Shown: in pieces, positions 37,545 to 50,795 of the stretch
Position numbering within the stretch: the stretch's first letter is position 1
How the letters are laid out: the number at the start of each line of letters is the position of its first letter
Assembly: GCA_003971905.1 (NCBI GenBank)
Contig: RSEE01000021.1
Span: 310,001-374,000 of the forward strand
Length of the DNA stretch: 64,000 nucleotides
Source: Moniliella sp. 'wahieum'
Lineage: Eukaryota
Reading direction: 5' to 3'
The notes under the pieces: generated by a model
The model's input: the letters and a program-made list of their open reading frames with translations, nothing else
Databases searched by the model: none
Told to the model about the DNA's origin: nothing
Made by a program: the position numbers and the translations under genes

Positions 37545-39227
37545 ATGGCCGGCCGCTTGGGAATGATGCAACCGCCCGTGATTGTGCTGCGCGAAGGCAC
37601 CGACTCGTCCCAGGGCACAGGGCAACTGCTGAGCAACATTGGCGCCTGCCAGACGGTCGTTGGCTGTGTCGCCTCCACCCTCGGCCCCCGCGGAATGGAC
37701 AAGCTCATCATCGATGGCCGCGGCAAGAGCACAATTTCCAACGATGGCGCGACTATCCTCAAGCTCCTAGAGATTGTGCACCCGGCTGCTCGCACCTTGG
37801 TCGACATTGCCCGTGCCCAGGACGCCGAGGTGGGCGACGGCACGACCTCAGTCGTGCTCCTGGCAGGTGAGATGCTCAAGGAAGCCCGCCCCTTTATTGA
37901 AGACGGTGTTTCGCCTCACATTATCATCCGCGCCTTCCGCAAGGCTGCTCAATTGGCTGTCGAACGCGTCAAGCAGATGGCCGTTGCCATTGACCGCAAC
38001 GACCCGGACGGCTTCCGTGACCTGCTGATGAAGTGCGCGGGCACTGCTATGAGCTCCAAGCTAATCGTCTCGCAGCGCAGCTTCTTCAGCAACATGGTCG
38101 TTGATGCTGTCCAAACGCTTGACCAGGATGACCTGGACGAGAATTTGATCGGAATCAAGAAGGTGCCTGGCGGCGGCATGCAGGATTCGCTCTTGGTCAA
38201 GGGCGTGGCTTTCAAAAAGACGTTTGCCTATGCGGCTTTGAGCAACAGCCCAAACGGTTCACCAACCCAAAAATTCTTAACCTGAACGTTGAGCTTGAAC
38301 TCAAGGCCGAGAAGGACAATGCTGAGGTTCGAATCAACGAGGTCAGCGAGTACCAAGCCATTGTCGATGCCGAGTGGAACATTATCTATGCTAAGCTCGA
38401 GGCCATCGTCAAGTCGGGGGCCCAAGTGGTCCTATCTAAGCTGCCGATCGGGGACCTGGCCACCCAATTTTTCGCCGACCGCGACATTTTCTGCGCTGGG
38501 CGTGTGGCAGCGGACGACATGCAGCGTGTGATCCAGGCCGTCGGAGGTTCGGTGCAGTCGACCGTATCGGATCTGCGCCCTGAGCACCTCGGCACATGCC
38601 AGCTGTTTGAAGAGCGTCAGATCGGGTCGGAGCGATTCAACCTCTTTGAGGGTTGTCACGCGGCCAAGACGTGCACCCTTATTCTTCGGGGCGGAGCGGA
38701 ACAGTTCATGCCGAAGTGGAGCGCTCGCTGCACGACGCTATCATGATTGTCAAGCGGGCGATCAAGAATGGTTCGATCGTCGCGGGTGGTGGAGCAGTGG
38801 AGATGGAGTTGTCCAAATACCTGCGCGAGTATGCCCGGACGATTGAGGGGAAGCAGCAATTGATCATCGGTGCATTCGCTAAGGCGCTCGAAGTGATCCC
38901 GCGGCAGATTGCGGACAATGCCGGTCTGGACGCTACGGATCTGCTCAATCAGTTGCGGATGCGACATGCTCAAGGCCACTCTTGGGACGGGATCGACATG
39001 GACACGGACGGTGTCGCTAACAACTTGGAAAAGTTCGTATGGGAGCCGTCCTTGGTCAAGATTAACGCCATCTCCTCGGCTGCCGAGGCTGCCACTCTCA
39101 TCCTTTCGGTGGATGAGACGATCAAAAACCAGCAGTCGGAACGGCCGAACCCAGGCCCGCCCGCCCCGCCTGGTACGGCGCAGCGGGCTTGCGCGGTGCT
39201 GGGCGCCGGACGGGGGGGCGTCGGTGA
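37545..39227 (+). CDS. CCT7: Chaperonin CCT/TRiC subunit eta
   Basis: [83 protein letters not shown]. Confidence 0.96.
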
Positions 39228-39662
39228 AGATCGTACCGCTCTTTTCCTTCTGGTCTTCACCTATGGTATATTGTGGCTCTGCGTGCTGGCCTCAGAACCC
39301 CATGCATCAAATAGCGAGGAACGGTGTATTTCGTGGTAGGCAACGTGATAAAAAAAGGCATCATCCGGGGGGGGTTCCATCGAGAGGCATCAGCAAGTGT
39401 GTCGTTAAGGGGTGGGGTGGTGAGGGAAATATACACGGCGTGTAGTAGAAGCCATCACTCAGATCGCGGTCGGGAGTGATGAGGGGAGAGGCAGAGGGTA
39501 GTAGGAAGACCATCAGGCAATGTTCAACGTTCAACGGGTGAGCTGGGGTCGAGTAAGGAGCAACCGGAAAGCGAAAGATTTTTTGGGTATTCGAGATGTG
39601 AAAGTGAGAGAGGAGGGTTGGTGGGTCAACGCCGGTGAGTGTGTTGGCGCAGGGTATCTTTC

Positions 39663-42600
39663 CTACTCTTCAGAAAGGCGGGGGGTGCTGAGCCAAGTGG
39701 GAGAGACCCATGCGTCAGGCATCTGCGGAGAACAGTCAATCACGCTTACCCCTGCGAAAAGCATGCAAATCTGGAGGAGAGTGCGCACCAGCAAAATATG
39801 TTCAGCAAAACGTAAGAAGCGTTTGGCGTATTCGGACGGGGTGATCTGGCCAAAAATCAGTCGGCGTCAGCACCAACGTTATGAAGTTGGAGAGAAAGCG
39901 ACGTACCACTGTTGGTTCACCAGGTGGTCCAATGAGACCATTCCCTTTCATGAAGGTCTCAACTCGTTCCTTCCACTCGTATGGACGGAAGAAGTCTGTC
40001 CACCACCCCCGAGTCACAGCGTCAGCAATATGTCTGCACATGAAGAGTTCACCCTCAATACGTTACTGGGAGAGCAGAGGGAAAGAAAGAAGGGACGTAC
40101 CAACAATCCCAACAACCAACTCTCGGGAAGTGGGAACCACGCCAACTACAAGTGAATAGTCCATCATCCCTTGTTCAGAAAGGAAGCGTGTGTCGTTGGA
40201 GAGGGCGGTAAGAAGGCGGCGTTTGCTGGACTCCGTGATAAACAGCGGGCGTTTTTCCGGTGGTGCAGCCAACGCGGTAAAGTTGGCATCGAGCAGCACC
40301 GTCCCTTGACTGGCCGGTTCGGGGGGCACAAAGCGGTTGCGCAGCGATCCTTTGAGGTCAAATACAGTCTCCACCTCACCTAGGAATGGATTGGAGAGTA
40401 GGGAGGTGTCTGACCTGGCCCTCCGACCATAGAACAAATCCTCCATCACGATGCAGTCGATTTTCTCGGGTTTGTGCAGTGGTCCATCAAACACCTCCAG
40501 GCGGAAGAGTCCCAAAACACGAGCCAAGGCCGAGGGGTGGGAGGGACCATCAATCCCCAGGCAAGTAGCCAGATGAGAAAAGTAGGCAGGGACAAATGTG
40601 GTCAAGGTATTGAGTTCAGTGCGTAAGGGTCTTGATGATAAACCGTCGGTCCAACGAACGATGGAACGAGGCATTGGATTTGCCACCTTTTGCTCTCCAC
40701 GGCTGGCAACGGGCAAGTGAGGCAACAAACGCGGCACGATCGATTCCCACGGCTTGACGCAGGGCGGCAAACTGCTGTGCATAAAACACACGAACAATCA
40801 GGAGTGGGGCGCCAGGTGCATGAAACTGGAACCGCATATGTGTCCCAGTTGGAGTACGCAGCGTTGGACCCAATTCTGCTGTGCTGCCACCACACACGGA
40901 AGGTGGAGGCGCTCCATCTGTGCCATGTACTCGTCGCTGTCAAGTGTGAGGGCGATGGCAGAGATGGGCTCCTTGCTCCACAGGGGGACAGACGAATTGG
41001 GAAACAAATGAACACCGCGTAGCGGTCGCTCCAGAGGAGAGAGACGGTCTGAGGTGGATCCCCACAGGTCCACAAAACTGCGGAAGAGGGAAGGTTCTCT
41101 CTCCTTGTCCTCATCTATCGAGATCCATGATTGACGCGGGGATTCAGCATCTTCCTTCCCGGTTGCGCCGGTGAATGGGACAGGCAATGAGCGAACGCGT
41201 GTATCGTCCAACTGCGAAGGAAGCGGCGCCGCACCAATCTCCGAGTCGAACACCGACTCAGAATCGGACTCGGCTCCAGTCTCGTCCCACGTCGAATCGG
41301 ACAATGCCTCTTCAACATCGCAAAAGACGACCACTTGTTGATCGCGACGACGACGGGCGAGGGTACGAAGGTAGGGGTTTAGGAGAACGGAAGGATGTGA
41401 ATGAGATGCAGGAGGTCGACGAGGACGCACTGGCGCCGTACGCAGACCAGAGCGGCGGCGCCGTGAAGAAATGACGGCTGTTTGAAGAGCGACGGGGGTC
41501 TAGCGAAGGACGCTTGCGATGGGGCCGGGGGTAGATGGTTGGATCGCGGTGGAAGAAGCTAAGGAATGACGCACTTTGGAAATGGGGGACGCAAAGTTCT
41601 CAGTTGGCCCCGACCAGGAAAGACTAGAGGGTGCGGGGGCACTCCGCTGGGTAGGGTCAGTCACAATGATCGGGGGAGGTGCCGGACGTCCTTTCTCCTC
41701 GGTCGACCCGCTCGAACTGGGTGTACGGGAGGGATTGGAAGATCGTTCGGTCCTGGAGGGCTGTCCGGCGAAACAGACCGAGCACTTGAAGGCAAACTCC
41801 ACTTCCCTAAGCCGCTGGCAAAAGACAGCCGATGACGCCATTCGTTACGAGGGAAAACTTCTGCCTCGTATTCGGCCAGACGTCCCTCCCACGCGTCCGC
41901 CTCGATCCCAAGTTCACGCCAAAAGAAAATTAAGGCGCTCATCTCGCAAGACAGAAACCGGGTGCGCATCTCAATCAAAAGGGATTCCCTCGCCTTGACA
42001 AGATCCGTGAAAAGTTCGCCACCATGTACGATGGCCCGGGACCGTACGTCTGGATCCGAACCCTTTTCAGCCTCGGTCATCAAGGCTTCAAGTCGAGCCC
42101 GCGCACTGTCCCACCATGCGGTTGTGCGAGACGTAAGCTGTGCCAGCTCGTCGACCCTCCTGGCATATTGTAGGTCAGTTCTTGCCGCCAGCGTAGTCGC
42201 GGGAAGTACTACGTCAAACGTGTCGACAAGCGATACGAAAGTTGGACCTCATAACCGCAATAGACGAAAATGTGCACGCCGAAATGGGTGCAAGTGAGCG
42301 GGGGACCATACAACGCAAGCAACACGAGTTGGGTAAACGAGAGAGATCGCTCGTCGCCTACATGTTCAAGATTGGTACGAAGGTGGCAAGTAGGACAGGC
42401 ATGGCACCGGTAAAGTGAATCGTCGAGGCGCTCCTCGGACAAATGTGCGCGACCCGTAGATCGACTCTCCTGCCAGCATGGAAAAAGGTGGTTGTGTGTT
42501 CCCCCTCGCATGGCACGGCAAATGGGCAAGGGGCCATGGCCAGGTCAGGAATGGCCCGTCCCACAGGCTTGTCCCCCTCGCCGTACAAGGTAGTTTCAAC

Positions 42601-44707
42601 CAAGGTGGGGCCTGAACTGACTCGCTTCTCTTCCCCCACGGTGCAAGTGACAAGTTGCATCCAAATCACCTTCTCACAAGGGAGTTCAGGCGGAGCACCC
42701 CCCCTTTGGAAGTGGAATATGGTCCATGCGTTCACCTGTTGGTCGACACAAGTCTTCAATGTTTGCAACTCCACCTCGGCCGCGCGCTCATCTGCTTGAG
42801 CTCCAAGGTGGGAGAGGCTTATTATCCGATGGATCAAGTCGTTTTCAGTCCTGTCATTTTCCCTTGCTGTTCTCTTTGAGACAAAGGGCGGCGAAGAGCG
42901 AGCAGGCGTTTGCGGACATCCGCCACTTGGTGGGCCAACTCAACCAGCCGTTGGATAGGTTGGGGTGGGGGAATGCGTATAACACAGGAAAGGGATGTGG
43001 CACCATCCACATACTGAGACAAATAGGCTGGGCGGAGGGATGAAGGGAGCGAGACAAGGTCCTGAAGTGACGGAATAGCGAGAATGTTACAAGAATCGGG
43101 CACCGAGGGAGGCAAGGCAGAAGGGGGGTTCTCCAAATCCGTTCAAGGCGGAGGTTGTACGCGACATGGGCGACCAAAAGGGCAGTATTTCCGACCCAAT
43201 CCAATTGTTTGAGGGGTGCTGGAGTCGAAATGAGGAAAGAGCCAATTGATCTCTGGTTAGGCTTGCCCTGTAACTTCATCAACGCGAGCGCCCGACCTTC
43301 TCCACCAGAAGGGTGCAGGGTGAAGTCTTGAACATCAAAGAAGGTCGCCTCTCCTACCACCGAGGGGTCCAAGTCAGAGGGAGATGAGGTGATCTGTGCG
43401 TCCGTGCATTGACTGACCGCATCTAGTTCAGAAGCGGTGCACCCAGGCAAGAGAACAATGCCCGCTCTCTCCAGTTGGTCCACGACCCAGCGCGAAACGA
43501 TGCCCATGGCGCTGATGACCAGTTGGGGCTGTAAAGCGAGGAGGGATTGCACAAGGTAAATAAGATGGGCCTGTTCTTCTCTTTGCACCGTAGCCAGGTC
43601 CGTCACCTCTCCCATCTCTCCACATAGACCAGGGGAAAGGAAATGAGCACCACTCGTGCCGAAGAAAGGGGCAGGAGCCGTCGCATGGCCTTCGATGCAA
43701 CGTCCTTGAGCGATACCACTCCCTTGACATAGCGTATTCCACCTCGTCCTGGCAAGGGGAGCACGCGAAGGTGCTCGCGCAGGCCCATATCCCTGTCCTC
43801 CGGCTCAATCTGAAGGCGGGCAATCGCTTTGAGTGCAAGCTGTAGCACTGTGTCTCGCCAGATTGGATGCTCTTCCAGTAGATGGGCGGCATACGACGAG
43901 AGATAAGCCATCTCGTCGCCTCCAAGCGAAGGATGAAGAGGACTGAGACGGCTGAAGAGGCGTGCGCGAATTGGCCGGCGGGTCTCTCTTGATTTCAGCA
44001 GACGAGGTGGAGCACAGGTACGCAGGGGCGGTCTGGCTGCGCGGCTCGGCCGCTGCGGCTAGCGTAAGGTCATATCCTTGGACACAGGCTTCGCATGCGC
44101 GGACCCAGGCAGGCCCCTCGTGAGTGAGGATGCGGCGTTCTCCGCTAGCACACGAGGCACAGAAAATGAGTCCACATAGACGGCAGTCTGCACCACCAAA
44201 TAGTCAGTATCACTGGGAGAGTGGTGGAGGAGAGGGAACGGGAACGGGAGCGGGAAGGCGGAAAGCGACATACGATGGCGCCGGCGCAACGCATAAAATG
44301 GACGTTCGCAGCGTGTGCAGACTGATGCTGCTTCATCGGGCATCCAGGTGGGTTGTGGGCTGGAGGGTATTGACTCGGCACCATCTGGGTCGGGGTCATG
44401 GAGGAAAGCCTGCCAGGCGGGTACAGAGTCGGTGGTGATCGCGGTTGCTGCTGCGGTTGAATTAGATGGTTAGGTGGAGATGGGGGTCGGGGTTGGGGAG
44501 GAGGAGGAGGAGACTGAAGTGAAGTTGGAGTTGTAGGGGCGGTGGCCGTGGCGACGGCTCTGGCTGGGGCTGGCGAGGCGGCAGAGTGGGGGGGCTGGGG
44601 GCGGCGGGAGGAACGAGAGCAGAGAGGAACGCAGAGAGCAAACTGCGGCTACGCGCTGGCGCCGCATTGTACTCGGGGTCGAGGCCAAAGCTCACCAGGG
44701 ATGCCAT
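39663..44707 (-). CDS. FAB1: Fab1/PIKfyve PI3P 5-kinase (FYVE + CCT-like + PIPK), several introns
   Basis: WMPDE..CTRC..RRRH|HCRLCGLIFC; AYNLRLE; GGKSNASF..RRFIIK; FDLKGSLRNR; MDYSLVVGV; PTV|ITPSEYAKRF. Confidence 0.9.
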
Positions 44708-45338
44708 GCGCGGTGTATGCAGAGGAGGAGGAGGAGGCAAAGAAGAGAGGGGGGCGATGTAGTACGTGAAGTTGGGGCTTGGTTGGCCCAATTGCTTTCA
44801 AACGCCGAGGAGTTGGGGCGAAGCTGGTGGCTGCGCCTAGTGTGTGTGGCAGCGCAGGAGAGTCTGCGCCCCGCACTCGACTAGGAAGAGGGTGGCTGAG
44901 GCAGTGAGGGCGCCCAAACGCGCTGTCCTCGGTGTGTACAACGCCAGCGCGCTGCTGTCTGTGCCTGGCGGCTGGCACCGGGCAGAGCACTGGAGCCTAT
45001 CTTATATCATAGCTCCCCTCGGCGCCCGCCATGGCCATGCAGTTGATATGCTTTGACACCTGAGATCGGAGGCGACGGATGAGATCGATCAGTGGAGGAG
45101 TCCAGTAATAGAGTAGTGCATACGACCCCTGAGCGTCTGAGCTGACCACCCTGAGACCCTGGTGGCTGGACCCTGGTAATCTCTTTGCTCGAGTACTCTG
45201 CTCGTTTGCTGCTGGTACGCATGGGGTCGAACGCCACGCTCACTAGCTTCTACCCACCCTCTCACTCGAACCCATACGAAATACTTTTCACAGGCAGATA
45301 GATACTGGCCCTTGTTCGCGCCCCCACTAATCTTATCC

Positions 45339-46361
45339 TCAGGAAAAGTACTCGGGCAGCAGGAAACGCAGGTTCGCCTTGGCCTGCGTGGGATGGCATG
45401 CGGCTTGGTGACAATCGCAAACTTCATGCTGCCACGAAGTGCCTTGTTGGACGCCGACTCGGCATTGGCCGCCTCGGCATGCACCGTGTCCAGCACCCCC
45501 AGCACCACTTCTTGCGACGCAACCACATTGTGCTGCAGCACCGCCATCACCTGCTCCACCGTCACAGCCCCCTCATGCGCCCGCCACGCATCGTAGTCCG
45601 TTGCCGTTGCCACCAGCACATATCCTAACTCGGCCTCGCGTGCCAGCTTGGCCTCGGGCAAGACAGACATGTTGATAATGTCGCCGCCCAGTTGGCGGTA
45701 GACGTTGCTCTCGGCCCGTGTCGAGAACGCCGGACCCTCCATGCAGACCACACACTTGTCCCCATGCACATGCACCTCGGGCGCTGCCGTCTTGAGCACG
45801 TCACGCACTTTGCTCTCAACGAGCGGCCGTAGATGCTCATCGAACGGGTCACCAAACATGGCGTGGGCCACAACCGACGACTCCTCCCCGTCGCCAAAGA
45901 ACGAGGCACGGCGAACTCCCTTGGTGCGATCAAGGATTTGGGAAGGAACAATGAAATCCTTTGGACGCACTTCTTCCCGCAGACTGCCGACAGCAGAGAA
46001 GGCAACGATGGTGCGGACACCAAGGTGCTTGAGGGCGGCAATGTTGGCCAACGCAGGCACCTTGCTCGGCGGCACTTCGTGGGCAACGCCATGGCGGGCA
46101 AGGAAAGCAATATGCACACCACTTGGAAGTTTGGCGACAGTGATGGGGAGCTGGGCTTGCCCCAGGGCTAGACACGGGGTAAGAGGAGTTGTTAGTCCAC
46201 GCATGTACCCCGTGGAAACCCGTGATGGGATCGGGAGCCACGCACCGTGTCAGGGTGGACCTGGGTGACCACCTCAACGCCGCGCAGGTGGTAGAGGCCG
46301 AGCCGCCAATGACGCCAACGCGAACGCCAAGCTGCTGCACCTGCGTGACGGAGAGGGTCAT
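45339..46361 (-). CDS. MEU1: S-methyl-5'-thioadenosine phosphorylase
   Basis: VGVIGGS, AFLARHG, ANIAALKHLGV, FSAVGSLREE, CMEGPAFSTRAES, INMSVLPEAKLAREAE, TDYDAW. Confidence 0.95.
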
Positions 46362-47155
46362 GGTGATGGCGGGCAAAAGGGGGCCAGCAGCAAAGAGAAA
46401 AGACCGCAATGACGGATTGTGAGCTGCGCCATGGGCAATGGCCTGTGGACTGGACAGCAAGCTACTGATTGAGCCGAGGGGGCGTGAGCGGATGTTGCAA
46501 TTGTGTTGGGCACGTGACGGCAGCGACGGGCGAGGTGACCGGTGACCAGTGAGTTGTCTCCCATGGCTCATCTCTCTTTCCTTCGATCTCTATGCCCTTC
46601 GCACGCCCAGGCGGCGTGGCGGCGTACCGCACACGCATGGGAGGGCCCCTGTCAGCGTAATGGGGAACCCATTCGTTAGGAGTGGGGGACGAGCACATCC
46701 ATTGTGGCGGAGGCCTGGCATGCGAGTACATGCGCCAGATGGTATCACCCAGGGTGGGGCCGGGGCCGAGGCGGCAGGCAGGCAATGGCCAGTCTGCTTT
46801 CCGCCCATCGGCGGAAATGGCCTGGGCGAAGGTGATGAATATGTGATGTGCTCCAACGTCGTTTATTTGGATTGGGGTGCGCTGGGATGCCTGAGCCTCA
46901 GGCCCCTAGCCTCAGCGGGCCTCGGTAGGCCTCGGCGCCCCTCGGGCCCGACCTAGGTGACACCAGCTCAGCACGAGGGCAGTGTGCCAGGCGTGCCCGG
47001 TTTGGCAAGGGCCCTCTCCCCCCAACCGACACCTGGCTGTGCCGCGCATCCACGTATTCCGCGCGAAGAGCTCAGGCTCAGGCTCAGCGCTAACCTTGGC
47101 CTGGCCAACCGCACCCTCCGCTTCACCCACCACCAGCATTCTTTTCTAGCCCCCC

Positions 47156-48262
47156 ATGGAAGCTCGCCAAAACGCGTGGGTCGTGCCGCTCAGCTTCAAC
47201 ACTGGTATGTTGCCCCCCCCAGGCCTCATGCGTTTGTGGCCACGACGTGGAGCGAGAGCTGACTGGTGTGCTCAGTCGACGAACGGGTGATGCCTGTACT
47301 CGTTGCGGGCGGTCTTCTGGCGTTGGTGGGGGCATTTGTCGTCCTCAAGCAAGCGTTGGATCTGGCCCGTGTTGTGGCGGGAGCCTATGTCCTCAAGGGC
47401 ACTTCGCTCAATAAGTACAAAAACAAGAACAACGCCCCCACCTGGGCCCTCGTTACGGGCGCCACGATGGGATTGGCAAGGAGTTTGCTTGCAACTCGCT
47501 GCCAAAGGGTTCCATTTGGTCATTGCGTCACGCACTCTCTCCAAGTTGGCAGCGACGCAGGCTGAGATTGTGGCCCAGACGCCTTCGGCCCAGGTCGAGA
47601 CGGTGGCCATGACTTTGCCCAAGCTGGCGCAGCAGAATACGCCAAGCTCAAGGCTGCGTTGGGCACAAAGGATGTGGGTGTCCTGGTGAACAATGTGGGC
47701 GTATCGCACTCTGGTCCTGTGCTCTTTTCCCAGACCCCTGAGGCTGAGCTGGCGCAGATTGTACAGATCAACATTTCGGCCACCCTGGCAGTGACGCAAG
47801 TGGTGCTGCCCGGCATGATGGAGCGGCGACGTGGTCTGGTACTCAATCTGGGTAGCTTTGCTGGTGCCTTCCCCACCCCGCTACTGGCTACCTACTCGGG
47901 TTCCAAGGCCTTCTTGGCGGCCTGGTCCCAGAGCGTGGCAAGCGAGGTGGCACCGCTGGGAGTGGATGTCGAGCTGGTCAACACATACTTTGTCGTGTCT
48001 AACATGAGCAAGATTCGCCGCTCCTCTCGCATGATTCCTCTGCCGCGGGACTATGTTCGGCAAGTGCTGTCCACCATCGGTCGCCCGGTCGGCGCTGTGG
48101 GGCGTGCCTTCACCTCTACCCCGTGGCCTGGCCATGCACTGATGGACTGGGCGTTGAGCCGGTTCGTGCCCGAGTCCATCCTCTTCTCTCAGTCGCGGGC
48201 GATGCAGGTCTCAATCCAGAAGCGAGCCGAGCGCAAGAAGCTGGGAAGCGAAGGCGCAGTAA
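47156..48262 (+). CDS. IFA38: Very-long-chain 3-oxoacyl-CoA reductase (SDR)
   Basis: WALVTGAT.G, LVNNVGVSH, LNLGSFAG..PTPLLATYSGSKAFL, YFVVSNMSKIRR; C-terminal KK; one intron after the first short exon. Confidence 0.9.
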
Positions 48263-48876
48263 AGGGGCAGCCGCAGCAACCTCGAAATGGGTGTGCCATG
48301 CGCTCTGCTCAGCTGGGCGTTGAGGGGACTATGCGGTCCGCCGAATACGCCCGGACGTCGGTGTACGGTGCCGCAAAGTCTAAACACTCGTTCCGAGCTG
48401 TTTGCCGTCGATAATCGATGTGACGTGTGACGCTTGCTTGCAGCTCGGATGATGGCATGCCCCTGACCGGCCTGATCAGGAGTGGGAACGCAACGGAAAG
48501 TATCGGAATAAGGAGGCTAGCTGCATGGATGGGCCTCGTGTATATCATGCACCGCATGCATCCAAGGAAATACATCATCGACATCATCCATTGTGCATCA
48601 GTGTAACAGTGTGGTCTGCGTCTGTGGTCTGCGTCAACTCCAAGAGTTGTGACAGTAGTCTGAGCCATCAAAACATACAACAGACCAGTGTTGTTTTTTA
48701 GCCACAGAAGGGTGACTCGAGTGTTTGGCTAAGGTCCCCGTCAGTCTCTCTCCAGGCTTAAGACGGTACAGCCTAGCTCCTGGTGGCGATTGGCTGCTTG
48801 ATACCCGTCTGTAGGTCTTGCTGCTTGGCTTAGATCCCCACCACTGCTAGTGCGATTGCATCACCCTGGATGACCA

Positions 48877-48900
48877 TCAGATCTCAGATCTCAGATCTCA
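48877..48900. repeat. Tandem (TCAGATC)3-TCA array, example of the TCA-palindrome-TCA motif
   Basis: Direct reading; same unit at 5200, 31887 and 62852. Confidence 0.9.
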
Positions 48901-50795
48901 GAGGACTCCACTGAGGTCGCATCAATTGCAGAGCAGTAGTAGGCTCGTTTGCCCCCTTTGGTGTGGCTTGAAGTTTGAAGCTGATGGCTATTGAATGCTT
49001 GCCAAGTCAGGTCCTGATCCTGCCACAGGCCCCAGGATAGGATGCAAAAGCACACAGCGATTGATTCGCGGGGGCGGAAGAGACAATAATGCGTGGTGGA
49101 AAGGAAGGAGGGAGTGGGATGATTGACGGTCGTCGACAATCCAGCTCCCCAACTTATACTTGTGCGAGGCGGCCCCGTTCCGCCTCTGTTCCGCCCCTGC
49201 CCCGCCCCTGCCCCGCCCCTTCCTGTTGCCCCTCCGGCCGCCTTCCCCACCGTTGTATCTCCCTTGCTTGCCCCCACAGTACTATCCCCGCACGCTGTGA
49301 TGCATGATGTTGGCATGCAGGAGGATCGATACGGACCACAGGTAAGCGATAATCGATAACTGGATAACTGCCACTGCTGTTGGACACAGCAGACACGTCG
49401 TGTAGTGCTTGAAGCTTGAGTGGACTCGGGGCTGTCCCGCTGTGCACTTATTCATGCCATGCATCATAACCATACCCCACAGGACCTCCCCCTGGGCCAA
49501 CATGCCAGTGAACGTCACGCGTCAGCTTTAAGGCCCCCACGAGGAAGTAGCCGTTTGTCATTAACGTGAGTACGTTGAACGATACGTTGAACGTTCAGCT
49601 TTAGTCAACTAGCCGACCACACGCAAGAAACCGATTTTTCTCACGCTCCTCAGTTGCTCCGGCACGCGTCATTAATAGCTCCGCCTCGATAGCCGACGGG
49701 TAACGCGTTCGCGTAACGGGTAAATCCAGTGAACGTATGGCAGGTATAGTGAGTAATGCTGCTTACTGACATGATAGTACGGAGGGACTGAGTACTGCAG
49801 GAGTCTCAGGTGTGGGAATGTCGTCGAACGTCGAACATCGACGCCGAAAATGCTGCCCCCATTGTCTTTCCGAGCGTTCGGCTAATCGATCAGCGCCAGC
49901 ATCCAATTGTGAGTGCCAGAGCAGCGCTCAGGCGCTCTGCACTGATACTGTACTTAGGGCCTTTGGGAGCCAACGTTACGCGCCATAGCTCATCGCGTCA
50001 TACGTCACGCGTCAACGCGACGCTCAACGCGCGCTCCAACGTTCGACATGATCAACGTTCAATAGAAGGTACTGTGCCCCCCGCCGCGAGCCAAATGAGA
50101 GTTGCTCGTGCGAGCGTCCACAGCGGGTGCGGTCTACATTCCCGCGGCTTGGCCATCCTACTTCTCGGATTGTCCTTTATTGCCCGTGTCACCTGGTGCC
50201 CCACAATCCCCCGTCCATTCGTCAGGGAAAGCCCAGGTCACATGTCATGTGTCACATACCACACCCCTGCAGGGGTGGTTATATGCGCTCCGAATCGACC
50301 TACTCACAGAAACTCTGATGCGTCTTGAGTTCGCGCTGTACTCAGTTACCTCTCAGCTTCACCGTCTTCAACTGCTTCAAGCTTCCGCATCGCACGTAGA
50401 TCGGTGGGCTGTGCAACGCCACAGTAGCTTGGTTCTGATGCGGCGATGCGATACTATAGTGATGGCATTATCACCTAGAGGACTGCATCGTTTGCTCACT
50501 AGCACGGGAATAGGTTCAACCTTCGGATGCTGCTGTTGTTTCAGCTGCTCGACTCGCCCTCCTTTCCTCTCAGGCTGATCCTATCCAACGATCACAGAAT
50601 GAACAGGTCATGTTGACAAAATTTTGAGGATTCTGGACTGCTGCCGGCGGCTTGCGCAGTCGGAATGTATGGCTTTGCGGCGACTGCTCCCCATTCCAAA
50701 TCCGTGCATTCCCTACCTCAATGACGATCCCCTATACATTGCCAATCCTCCCTGCCCTGCTTGCTCCTTACCACCAACATCTTAGAGGGGCAGTC

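Noticed and set aside
37545..44707. Functional link between CCT7 and the adjacent FAB1 (which has a CCT-like domain)
   Set aside because: That domain is an ancient feature of all Fab1 proteins; no local sequence similarity seen, so adjacency is probably chance.
27981..48262. Metabolic gene cluster (transporters, ARO7, MTAP, reductase)
   Set aside because: Unrelated housekeeping functions, with no backbone biosynthetic enzyme or pathway logic.
48825..48836. TTGGCTTAGATC resembling the U2 snRNA 5' region
   Set aside because: No following GTGTAGTA branch-pairing sequence or Sm site.
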